DNA of 32,000 nt, from assembly GCA_002748755.1 (NCBI GenBank), contig PDTD01000017.1, forward strand, positions 4,747-36,746, given 5' to 3'. Positions 9,222 through 17,633 of this stretch are shown piece after piece. Below the pieces are notes generated by a model that worked only from the letters and a program-made list of their open reading frames with translations, was not told the DNA's origin and did no database searches. Source of the DNA: Desulfobulbus propionicus. Lineage in GTDB: Bacteria > Desulfobacterota > Desulfobulbia > Desulfobulbales > Desulfobulbaceae. The translations under genes were made by a program, and so were the position numbers. How positions within the stretch are numbered: position 1 is the stretch's first letter; every line of letters starts with the position of its first letter.

Positions 9222-10628
9222 TCAACAACGAAGAAAACCATCCACATCATTGGCCACTATAACCCCATAGTTGATGGCCCCCAGCCAGCCGGACATAATA
9301 ATACCAACCGACCCGGCATGAAACAAGCCCGGAATTTCCTTGTGTAGGGATCGGGAAACCTCCAATCCTTCAAATTTAGTACCAAAAGATGTCCCTCTGG
9401 TGTGCAGAGTATAGCGATGAAACGTGCGGGGAGTGGCCGATTCCAGGGTGTCGATTTTGTCCCGTACCCCAGGAAGGTAGCGTTCAAGATCCTGCAGACA
9501 CCGTTCTATCATAGCCTGCTTGGCTTCCAGATATTGATTCTGCTCCAGACCTGCCCAGGCATTGTAATCGGCGTTCATTGAAGCCACAATGGTATAGTCC
9601 GGTTGGTCAGGACGGGTTTTGGGATAGTAAATGGAAAAAGTCCGGCTTGAGGTCTCCATACTGCACAGTTCACTGGCATCGAACTCCGGGGCGGAAGAAG
9701 AGAAAATCAGGTCTCCTATATCAGCAATGGCCTCACCCTTGCGTATCCCCATATAGACTTGGCAGCTTGAATTACTGACTATAACGCGGTCAAATCGAGA
9801 GAGGAAAGCTCCTCCAAATGCTTCCCTGCCAACGAGCTGCTCCACGGTATTGGTTATTCCTGCGTTGGACACCACTGATCGCGCCTCTATAAGGGTGTTG
9901 TCAACCAGCACGCCCTGTATCCGGCCCCGCTCAAGGACGACCCGCTCAACCAGCGCCCGAGTACAAATGGTGACCCCATTGGATTCCAGTTCTTCAGCCA
10001 TAAGGGCAATCAACCTGTCTGTCCCGCCCTGGAACGTAAAAACCCCTTTATTCATGAAGTTGGAAAATACAATACCGTACGTAATGGCCGGTTCGTCCAG
10101 GGTCGAGCCATTGGCATAGGTGATGGGTTCCATGAGTAACCTGTGCACATCACTCCTGCCCGGAAAAAACTGCTCAAACAGTTCCCTGGTGGTCATGGAC
10201 TGTTCATCGTAGAAATTCATGCTGTCCACGGTTTTAAAAAAATCATCAACAGTCTGGGGGTGAATGGCAAACTTTTCCTGGAGAATACGAATAAAGTCTT
10301 CCTTGCTGAAGGTGGTGGTCAAAGTAAACTGCGGGTTATTGAAGACAATATTTGGCAGCGGGACAATGGCGTCTCGAATGGCCTTTCCCCAATATTTTTT
10401 ACAGGTCTTAACCATGCCGTAAGGAAAACCATGGAGGGAAACATCGAAGATATGACCGCCGCGTCTGAACCAAGTTGCCAAGCCGCCAAGCTGAAAATGG
10501 TGCTCCAGAAGCAATACGCTGTGACCTGTCTTGGCCAGCCTGTTGGCACAGGTCAGGCCACCCAGACCTGAGCCGATGACAATAACATCGTAACGGGGCA
10601 GAAGTTGTTTTTTACCTGCACTCTTCAT
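9222..10628 (-). CDS. FAD-dependent oxidoreductase, phytoene-desaturase/amine-oxidase (CrtI-like) fold, paralog 1
   Basis: 468 aa. N-terminal dinucleotide-binding motif [30 protein letters not shown] followed by GGLA. Length and C-terminal GSVGIIMSG region fit the CrtI/retinol-saturase-like family. Confidence 0.7.
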   Translation of the reverse strand: MKSAGKKQLLPRYDVIVIGSGLGGLTCANRLAKTGHSVLLLEHHFQLGGLATWFRRGGHIFDVSLHGFPYGMVKTCKKYWGKAIRDAIVPLPNIVFNNPQFTLTTTFSKEDFIRILQEKFAIHPQTVDDFFKTVDSMNFYDEQSMTTRELFEQFFPGRSDVHRLLMEPITYANGSTLDEPAITYGIVFSNFMNKGVFTFQGGTDRLIALMAEELESNGVTICTRALVERVVLERGRIQGVLVDNTLIEARSVVSNAGITNTVEQLVGREAFGGAFLSRFDRVIVSNSSCQVYMGIRKGEAIADIGDLIFSSSAPEFDASELCSMETSSRTFSIYYPKTRPDQPDYTIVASMNADYNAWAGLEQNQYLEAKQAMIERCLQDLERYLPGVRDKIDTLESATPRTFHRYTLHTRGTSFGTKFEGLEVSRSLHKEIPGLFHAGSVGIIMSGWLGAINYGVIVANDVDGFLRC

Positions 10629-10654
10629 AATACGTCTACTTAATGGTGTAAAAC

Positions 10655-10893
10655 TCCCTGCACACCAACTCAGGACAGGGATGTAGTTGTCTGTTCCTGA
10701 TGCAGTTCCTCAGAACGCACCCTCTTTGCACGACCACAGGCACTCTCCCGCGAAGCTAACAACCTTTCTGACTTGTAACAAAACCTTCTGGAAGACGATT
10801 TGAGAAAAATTTGGAATAATTGCTGCAATTACTTTATGTTCTAACTATTTATTCTATTTTCATTTCCATACAATGTTCATGAAAAATTTGGGC
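10655..10893 (+). repeat. Degenerate MITE-family copy (H) between the two flavoenzyme genes
   Basis: L-like CCCTGCACACCAACTCAGG at 10656-10674. The tail and R arm (TTATTCTATTTTCATTTCCATACAATGTTCATGAAAAATTTGGGC) end at 10893, followed by TA. The terminal C plus TA is the gene's TAG stop. The core is badly decayed. Confidence 0.45.
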
Positions 10894-12266
10894 TAGAGTA
10901 CATGGGTATTGACCATAACCACCCCGCTCAGCATGGACCCAACAATGCCCAGATATCCCTGATCGGTACCGGCAATATACAAATTTTTCCAGGGTGTTTT
11001 GCCCGTTGCCAGTTTAACAGGACTGCCGTAGACGGCACCAGCCTTTTTCCGGGTGAATCGCTCAATGGTAAGCGGGGTAAAACTGTCCTGAAAAACAATA
11101 TCCTCGGCATAGGGGCCAATAATCCTGCTGCTGCTTGCAACCGCCTCATGGGCGCAGCGCCTCTTTTCCTGCCGGTATTGTCTAGACGACAACGCCTGCC
11201 AGAGAGAATAATTGGCAGCATTGGTAACCCGTATCTGCGATTCTTCCATCTGTTCCAGCCCTTGAAAGTTTTGGGAAAAACAAATAACCCCCCATTGCGG
11301 ATCAATGAGTTCCCCTGGCTGTCTATAGCGCACCGAGTCGGCATGGCTGTAAAAAAGTATGGCCTCTCCGCTATGCAGCCTATCGGCAACATTCGGTTTG
11401 AGGACCGACAAGGTCTCCAAAAAGCTCATCCGGCCGGTATATTGTGCGGTCTCAGTCTGCCAACCGGTCAACCGTATGGTTTCTGGTATACCGACCGTGG
11501 AGACGATATGCTCTGCAGAAACAGACGTACCATCGGTAAAATGCGCTCTTTGCACCTTTTTCGAGTCATGCTCCAAGGTTTCAACAGCCTTGTTATAGCG
11601 AATCTCCCCCCCGAAGCGCTCGAATTGTTGCAGCACGAGCAGGAGAAAGTCCCGCATGGTGCCTTGGGGACGAAACAATCCTTCCTCGAAAAGAGCCCGG
11701 AACATGATGACAAACTGACCCAGACTCATGTCATCTTCTTCCGCGTTTCCGTAGACCATTGTCGGCAGGAGAATCATGCGCTCCAAAAGGGGTTCGGCAA
11801 GGTGATGGGATAAAAACGCGCGAGCAGACTGCCATGGTTGCACGCTAAAGGCATCATACTCTTTGACAGCCTGCCGCAGGCGTCGGAAACGATCAATACA
11901 GCCGGAGAAGGTCTGAGCAACCTCATCCTCCAGCAAGGCGACATCGTTTGAAAAGCGAATTGTAGCTGAGGGGAAACGTACAAGGGAATACTTCTGCGGA
12001 CATAGCTGGAACGTTTGACGGGAGAGTTTCAGCTGGCGAAACAACAGATTCAGGGGAGCTTTTTTTTCCCCTGGAAGAGCAAAATTCGTCATGGCATGCA
12101 GACCTGTCTCAAAAAACCGACCTTGCCTGTAAAAATAGGAGTTGAGTCCTCCCGGCAATGCATGCTGCTCAACAATAAGTGTCTTGACCCCGAAACGGGC
12201 GGCACGGATGCCTGCGGCAATGCCAGAGAGTCCGCCACCAATAACGAGGAGCTGATAATCAGCCAT
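10893..12266 (-). CDS. FAD-dependent oxidoreductase, CrtI-like fold, paralog 2
   Basis: 457 aa. N-terminus YQLLVIGGGLSGIAAGIRAARFGVKTLIVEQ followed by PGGL. C-terminal GTDQGYLGIVGSMLSG resembles paralog 1. Confidence 0.7.
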   Translation of the reverse strand: MADYQLLVIGGGLSGIAAGIRAARFGVKTLIVEQHALPGGLNSYFYRQGRFFETGLHAMTNFALPGEKKAPLNLLFRQLKLSRQTFQLCPQKYSLVRFPSATIRFSNDVALLEDEVAQTFSGCIDRFRRLRQAVKEYDAFSVQPWQSARAFLSHHLAEPLLERMILLPTMVYGNAEEDDMSLGQFVIMFRALFEEGLFRPQGTMRDFLLLVLQQFERFGGEIRYNKAVETLEHDSKKVQRAHFTDGTSVSAEHIVSTVGIPETIRLTGWQTETAQYTGRMSFLETLSVLKPNVADRLHSGEAILFYSHADSVRYRQPGELIDPQWGVICFSQNFQGLEQMEESQIRVTNAANYSLWQALSSRQYRQEKRRCAHEAVASSSRIIGPYAEDIVFQDSFTPLTIERFTRKKAGAVYGSPVKLATGKTPWKNLYIAGTDQGYLGIVGSMLSGVVMVNTHVL

Positions 12267-12319
12267 AGAAGTTGTACGCCTGCGCTATTCCCTGCTTTTT
12301 CAAGAGCCTGGCAGAATAA

Positions 12320-12571
12320 TCAGGTGTTTTTAAGTTTTGGCTCCAGATAGTTGACACAACTTGTCAAAGTAACCAGTTCTGGATATTCCTCTTCTGGAAT
12401 CTGCACCTGATATCGCTTGCGCAATTCCATGACAATATCCAAGAAATCCATGGAATCCAGATCAAACTGATCACGCAGGGGCTCGTCGGCATCCAGATTG
12501 TCAAAATCTGCTTCTTCATCTATCTCTTCAATGATTTCAAGGACAACATCCTTGATTTCCTCACGAGTCAT
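12320..12571 (-). CDS. Acyl carrier protein (stand-alone)
   Basis: 83 aa from the internal Met (MTREEIKD), preceded by GGAGAGG. Acidic, with the phosphopantetheine-attachment context DLDSMDFLDIV. The track ORF extends upstream to 12634, with no support for the extension. Confidence 0.8.
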   Translation of the reverse strand: MTREEIKDVVLEIIEEIDEEADFDNLDADEPLRDQFDLDSMDFLDIVMELRKRYQVQIPEEEYPELVTLTSCVNYLEPKLKNT

Positions 12572-12642
12572 TCGATAACCTCTCCTCTCCACACAATACC
12601 AGATAAACAAACCAGGGGACTTCTTGCCAGCCAATGGTCATA

Positions 12643-12858
12643 GCCCGAACTTCTCATGAACATTGTGCAGAAATAAAAAAAGTATTATAAAATCAATAAA
12701 CTAGGAAAAAAGTGTCACCAATCTCTCCAAAATATACATCAAAGCTCAGTTCGGCTGTCACCATCTTCGCCAGTGTTTTGACAGTACATAGAGGGTACGA
12801 GAATGCACTGCCCAAAACTGTGCATCTGGCACCGCCTGTGCTAATGAGAAATCCGGAA
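12643..12858 (-). mobile_element. MITE-family copy I (near full length, canonical core orientation) between the KS and ACP genes
   Basis: TA then GCCCGAACTTCTCATGAACATTG (reverse-complemented R arm) at 12643. CATCAAAGCTCAGTTCGG (inner arm), then a diverged core ending CTGGCACC, then GCCTGTGCTAATGAGAAATCCGG (reverse-complemented L arm) ending ~12856. Confidence 0.7.
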
Positions 12859-12943
12859 TCGTTTACGTTCACGTCTCCAACCAGTACCCGGGGGCAATGC
12901 CTCAGCAAGGCCGACAAAGCCGAAACACATACCACAAAAACAG

Positions 12944-14194
12944 TCAGTTTGCCATAAATCTCTTGACTATAACCACTGAATTTATCCCCAGCATCCCAAA
13001 GGAATTGTTAAGAATGGCATGCACCTCGGGGACTGTCCGCGGTTCATCAATGACCAGGCCGCGAAGGTTGCACGCCGGATCCAGTTCATCGATATTGATA
13101 GTTGGATGGACCATATGATCAGTAAAGGTCGGTAGGTTACATGCCAATTCCAACACGCCTGCCGCGCCCATGGCATGGCCGATGGTGGATTTGGTGTTAT
13201 TTATCCATGTGGTGGGGCAATCGTTGAAGAGTTCTCCGACAGCCCAGCACTCCTCCCCGTCCCCCTGGGGAGTCCCTGTGGCATGGGTATTGACAACGGT
13301 TATATGCTCTGGTGACATCCCCGCTTTTTTCAAGGCCATCTCCATACAGGCTTTCTGTCTGGGCCCATATGGCAGAACAAAGTCCCTTGCATCGGAGTTC
13401 ATGGCATAGCCTGCTATCTCACAATATATTGTGGCTTGGCGTTTCAAGGCCTTGTCCAGGCGCTCCAGGGTAAAGATGCAGCCTCCATCGGAAATAACAA
13501 TGCCGTTGCGCCCCTTGTCAAAGGGGCGACTGGCTTGAGTTGGATCTTCGTGCTCCGCCAATGCTCCTTGGGCTTTGAAGCTGGCAAAAATACCGAAAGA
13601 GCCTGTACATTCAGAAAAGCCACCACACAACGCCAGGTCCACCTCATCAAGCAGCAACATCTGAACCCCCTGGATCAGAGAGGCGTTGCCAGCAGCACAG
13701 GCAGCGCCAATAGAGTAGTGGGGACCGGTAATCCCCAGGTTCATGGTTATTTCACCAGCGGGATTATTCAATACGGTGCGGGGATTATGGTGGTGTGTCC
13801 AGTACTGGACGTTGTTGTCAAATTGGCCTATGTTATACACTTCATTTTCCGTTTCAACGGTTCCGTGTTCCGTCAGGCCAGTGTATACTCCAGTTCGGCT
13901 TTTATCATACTCTGTAAAATCGATCCGGGCATCGGTCAAAGCTTCGTTGGCACAATACACAGCCATACATCCGGCGCGGGTGCCCCTCTTGTTTTCACGC
14001 TTTTTACGGTATCGGGTTTCATCAAAACTGCACAGGCCTGCCGGATGAGGCCCCATATATCGCAAGTCCAGAGTGCCAATACCGCTCTTTCCCTCCAGTA
14101 CATTGCTCCTGAATTCTTTGAGGGAAGAAGCCCCGGGGGCCACCAACCCAACCCCGGTTATAACTATACGTTGTGAATCTGCTAATATGTTCAT
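12944..14194 (-). CDS. Beta-ketoacyl-ACP synthase, FabF/FabB-type
   Basis: 416 aa with active-site contexts GAACAAG (Cys), HATGTPQGD (His) and GHAMGAAG (His). First gene of the lipid locus. Confidence 0.85.
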   Translation of the reverse strand: MNILADSQRIVITGVGLVAPGASSLKEFRSNVLEGKSGIGTLDLRYMGPHPAGLCSFDETRYRKKRENKRGTRAGCMAVYCANEALTDARIDFTEYDKSRTGVYTGLTEHGTVETENEVYNIGQFDNNVQYWTHHHNPRTVLNNPAGEITMNLGITGPHYSIGAACAAGNASLIQGVQMLLLDEVDLALCGGFSECTGSFGIFASFKAQGALAEHEDPTQASRPFDKGRNGIVISDGGCIFTLERLDKALKRQATIYCEIAGYAMNSDARDFVLPYGPRQKACMEMALKKAGMSPEHITVVNTHATGTPQGDGEECWAVGELFNDCPTTWINNTKSTIGHAMGAAGVLELACNLPTFTDHMVHPTINIDELDPACNLRGLVIDEPRTVPEVHAILNNSFGMLGINSVVIVKRFMAN

Positions 14195-14535
14195 TCTCTA
14201 TCTTTTCTTCAACTGAGGTCTCCAGGCTCCTGGACTAAAACAATCGTCTGAGAGACTATACAAAAAGTTCTCACTATTCTCAGAGGATGCGAACGTGAGG
14301 ATAAGGAGCAGGCCAGTATAGGTCTGCTCAGACATGAGGAGTTGGATCCTGCGCCTGCCCTATCCGCATGCAGGCAAAAACCAGATCCAAAGCAGACAAA
14401 AAAGAATGCGGAAAACATCTGAAAAGGTCCATGCCGCCCTTTTGCTTATTTCTCAGAATACACCTGTACCCCTAAGTCGGTGAGCCCAGAGAGCAGTAAG
14501 CGGATATGCCCCTCAAAAGACCTGTGCACGCAGCG

Positions 14536-17181
14536 CTACTGCAGCAGTTTTCGGACTATCTCCGGCACTTCGGCCATGGCTTCACCCAGCTTATCAGGCA
14601 TAGAGCCACCGGCCTGAGCCATATCAGGCCGACCGCCCCCTTTTCCACCAACAATGGCAGCGACCTGCTGGACCACCTCACCGGCCTTGATTCTTGTGGT
14701 CAGGTCTTTGGAAACCAGAGACAACAGGGCAGCCTTACCTGCAAACTCGCCGCCAAGCACCGCGACTCCTGAGACCAGTTTATCCCGCACTTTATCACCG
14801 ATTTCACGGAGCGTCTTGGGGCTGTCCAATTGCACAAGGGATGCGACAACCGGCACACCAGCCACCTCAACAGCCCCTGCAATCATCTGCTCCAGATTGG
14901 CCAGGGACATGGAAGCATGTAACGAGGCAATCTCTTTTTCCAGCTCTTTTTGGCGTCTAAGCAAGGCGGCAATCTTGTCCGCTGCGCTCTCAAAAGGTCC
15001 GGCAACAGCTTCGGACACAGCAGCGACATTCCTGATCAAGCCATGCATCCAGGCAACGGCCTCGGCACCAGTCACCGCTTCGATTCGCCGTACGCCTGCA
15101 GCAATACCTGTTTCATGAATTATCTTGAAAAATCCTATGTTGCCGGTAGCAGAGGTATGTGTACCACCACAGAGTTCTTTACTGAAATTGCCGATAGAAA
15201 CCACCCGCACCGTATCTCCATATTTTTCTCCAAAAAGGGCTGTCGCCCCTTCGGCAATGGCCTGCTCACGCTCCATGACCTCTCCACTCACCCGGGTATT
15301 ACGCCTTATCTCATCATTGACAAGTTGTTCAATGCGGATGATTTCTTCAGGAGTAATCGGAGAGAAATGGGTACAGTCAAATCGTAATCGCTTGTCGTCC
15401 ACCAACGATCCGGCCTGTTTCACATGATCTCCCAAGACCTCTTTCAGGGCAGCATGCACAAGGTGGGTTGCTGTATGATTCAAAGCGACAGCGATTCTTC
15501 GCGCTCCCACCTCCAAACAGACGGCTTGACCAACTTTGGCCGTGCCTGCTTCTACCACGCCATGGTGGAGGATGATGCCCTCCGCTGGAGACGTTGTCTG
15601 CTCCACCAAAATCCGTCCATTCTGCCAGCGTATTTCTCCAGAGTCACCGACCTGTCCACCAGATTCTGCGTAAAAGGGAGTTTTCGCACAGACAAAACGA
15701 ACTCTTCTCCCCTGCCCGGCTTGGTCCACCAACTGCCCATGCTCATCAAGAATACCTATAAATTCCGACTCTTCAACCCGGGCGGCATATCCGGTGAAAT
15801 CGCACCGCGTTCCCTGCTCAAGCAGCGTGAGTACGCCCTCGTCCAGATGATCGATATCGCTTCCTTTCCATGACCTCCTGGACTGCTCACGCTGATGTTG
15901 CATGGATTGGTCAAATCCCTGCTGGTCAAAACCGACACCCCGCTCAATGGCAATATCGCGAACGATGTCCACGGGAAAACCGTAAGTATCATAGAGCGTA
16001 AAGATAAAGGTACCGTCAATGACGGCATTCTCGACACGTTTTTGCTGGAGACGCTCTATCTCCTGACCGAGCTTCTGCAAGCCATTGTCTAGAGTTTGGC
16101 CAAACCGTCTTTCCTCATTGCTCACCACTTTGGCAAGCAGCTTCTTTGTTTCTCCTAGGTGCGGATAGGCTGCCACCATATTCTCCGTCACTAAGGCGCA
16201 GACACCAGGAAAAAAGGAATCCAGTCCCAGGGCGCGGCCATAACGAATGGCTCTGCGCATAATTCTGCGCAGTACATACCCCCGCCCTTCATTGGACGGG
16301 AGTACGCCATCTGCCACCAGAAAGGTTGTTGCCCGGGCATGATCCGCAATGACCCGAAGTGAGACATCGTCCTGATCATTATCGTGATACTTTTTCCCTG
16401 CAAGTTTGGCTATATACTCAATAAGCGGGGTAAACAGATCACAATCAAAATTATTGTGTTTCCCCTGAAGAACGGCTGCAACGCGTTCAAGCCCCATGCC
16501 TGTATCAATGGAAGGCTTTGGCAGCGGGGTCATGTTCCCTTCTTCATCGCGATAGAACTGCATAAACACGAGGTTCCAGAGTTCCAGATACCGGTCACAA
16601 TCACATCCCAAAAAACAATCAGGCCTACCGCAGCCAAGGCTTTCCCCCTGATCGATATGAATCTCTGAACAGGGTCCGCAAGGCCCTGTGTCACCCATGG
16701 CCCAAAAGTTGTCTTTTTCGCCCATACGCACAATTCTACCAGCAGGAAGGCCTTGCACCTCTTCCCACAGTGCATACGCCTCATCGTCCTCTTTATAAAC
16801 GGATACCCAGAGTTTTTCGGGATCAATACCAAGTTCTACGGTCAGAAACTCCCAGGCAAAGGCAATAGCCTCCTTTTTAAAATAATCGCCAAAAGAGAAA
16901 TTTCCCATCATCTCGAAAAAGGTATGATGCCGGGCTGTATAGCCAACGTTCTCGAGGTCATTGTGCTTGCCGCCTGCCCGTACGCAGCCCTGGGCCGTTG
17001 TCGCTCGCACATAAGGGCGCTTTTCTTCACCCATGAATACCTTTTTGAACTGCACCATCCCTGCGTTGACAAAGAGCAGGGTCGGGTCATCATGGGGCAC
17101 AAGCGAGGAAGACGCTACCCTGGTATGACCATTTCCTTCAAAAAATTGCAAAAAACGTCTTCGGATCTCTTCTCCAGTCAT
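14536..17181 (-). CDS. alaS: Alanine--tRNA ligase
   Basis: 881 aa with class II AlaRS hallmarks: N-terminal FLQFFEGNGH, FANAGM-like VNAGMVQFK, the editing-domain HTATHLVHAAL / CGGTH zinc motif, and a C-terminal DHHA1-type GGKGGGRPDMAQAGG. Confidence 0.95.
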   Translation of the reverse strand: MTGEEIRRRFLQFFEGNGHTRVASSSLVPHDDPTLLFVNAGMVQFKKVFMGEEKRPYVRATTAQGCVRAGGKHNDLENVGYTARHHTFFEMMGNFSFGDYFKKEAIAFAWEFLTVELGIDPEKLWVSVYKEDDEAYALWEEVQGLPAGRIVRMGEKDNFWAMGDTGPCGPCSEIHIDQGESLGCGRPDCFLGCDCDRYLELWNLVFMQFYRDEEGNMTPLPKPSIDTGMGLERVAAVLQGKHNNFDCDLFTPLIEYIAKLAGKKYHDNDQDDVSLRVIADHARATTFLVADGVLPSNEGRGYVLRRIMRRAIRYGRALGLDSFFPGVCALVTENMVAAYPHLGETKKLLAKVVSNEERRFGQTLDNGLQKLGQEIERLQQKRVENAVIDGTFIFTLYDTYGFPVDIVRDIAIERGVGFDQQGFDQSMQHQREQSRRSWKGSDIDHLDEGVLTLLEQGTRCDFTGYAARVEESEFIGILDEHGQLVDQAGQGRRVRFVCAKTPFYAESGGQVGDSGEIRWQNGRILVEQTTSPAEGIILHHGVVEAGTAKVGQAVCLEVGARRIAVALNHTATHLVHAALKEVLGDHVKQAGSLVDDKRLRFDCTHFSPITPEEIIRIEQLVNDEIRRNTRVSGEVMEREQAIAEGATALFGEKYGDTVRVVSIGNFSKELCGGTHTSATGNIGFFKIIHETGIAAGVRRIEAVTGAEAVAWMHGLIRNVAAVSEAVAGPFESAADKIAALLRRQKELEKEIASLHASMSLANLEQMIAGAVEVAGVPVVASLVQLDSPKTLREIGDKVRDKLVSGVAVLGGEFAGKAALLSLVSKDLTTRIKAGEVVQQVAAIVGGKGGGRPDMAQAGGSMPDKLGEAMAEVPEIVRKLLQ

Positions 17182-17444
17182 TGCTCAACAAAAAAGTAAA
17201 AGTTATATCTAATCGGGCGGAAGGCAGCCCGGGCATGGATGTGCAGTCCCCCTGCAGGCATCTCTTTTGGTCCTGAAAAAAGAAAGCTGCATGATATACA
17301 CGAAATGTTCTCATGCCAATAAAAAAACACCTTCTGCCCTTGTCCAATGCAGGTCGGCAACGCAGGTCGACAACAAATGGGGGCCCAGGGAGCCGGTCTT
17401 GCAAAACCCGGCCCCTTTCCTTGTTCCTGCTCTGTCTGGAAAAC

Positions 17445-17478
17445 AAAACAGGCAGGGCACCCCTGCCCTGCCTGTTTT
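17445..17478 (-). terminator. Intrinsic (bidirectional-looking) terminator downstream of acs
   Basis: Perfect 14-bp stem AAAACAGGCAGGGC / GCCCTGCCTGTTTT with a 6-nt loop, and T-runs on both strands. Lies ~155 nt downstream of the acs stop, beyond repeat copy D. Confidence 0.6.
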
Positions 17479-17497
17479 GTTCTCTTCGGAAACTCTC

Positions 17498-17633
17498 GCC
17501 CGGATTGTTCATGGACATTTTGTCTCCTTTGAAAAAAAAGAGACAAAAACAGATGGATGTAATGTCCGTGAGCAGGTCCGAACTTCGACAAAATATGCAC
17601 CTGGCACAGCCTGAGCTGATAAGAAATCCAGGC
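17498..17633 (-). mobile_element. MITE-family copy D, short core-less variant, in the acs 3' region
   Basis: GCCCGGATTGTTCATGGAC (reverse-complemented R arm), tail with CAGATGGATGT, then only CTGGCACA (the first bases of the core), then GCCTGAGCTGATAAGAAATCCAGGC (reverse-complemented L arm). The last C plus TA is the acs TAG stop (17633-17635). Confidence 0.7.

Noticed and set aside
14446-14460. TATTTCTCAGAATA-like motif at 14446-14460 and 28469-28482, with a related ACTATTCTCAGAGG at about 14267. Considered as an operator upstream of the KS gene and the MFS gene.
   Set aside because: The motif is very close to the L-arm TIR (GGATTTCTCATCAG), so these are most simply solo TIR relics of the repeat family. 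With only two or three sites, no case for a regulator-binding site can be made.
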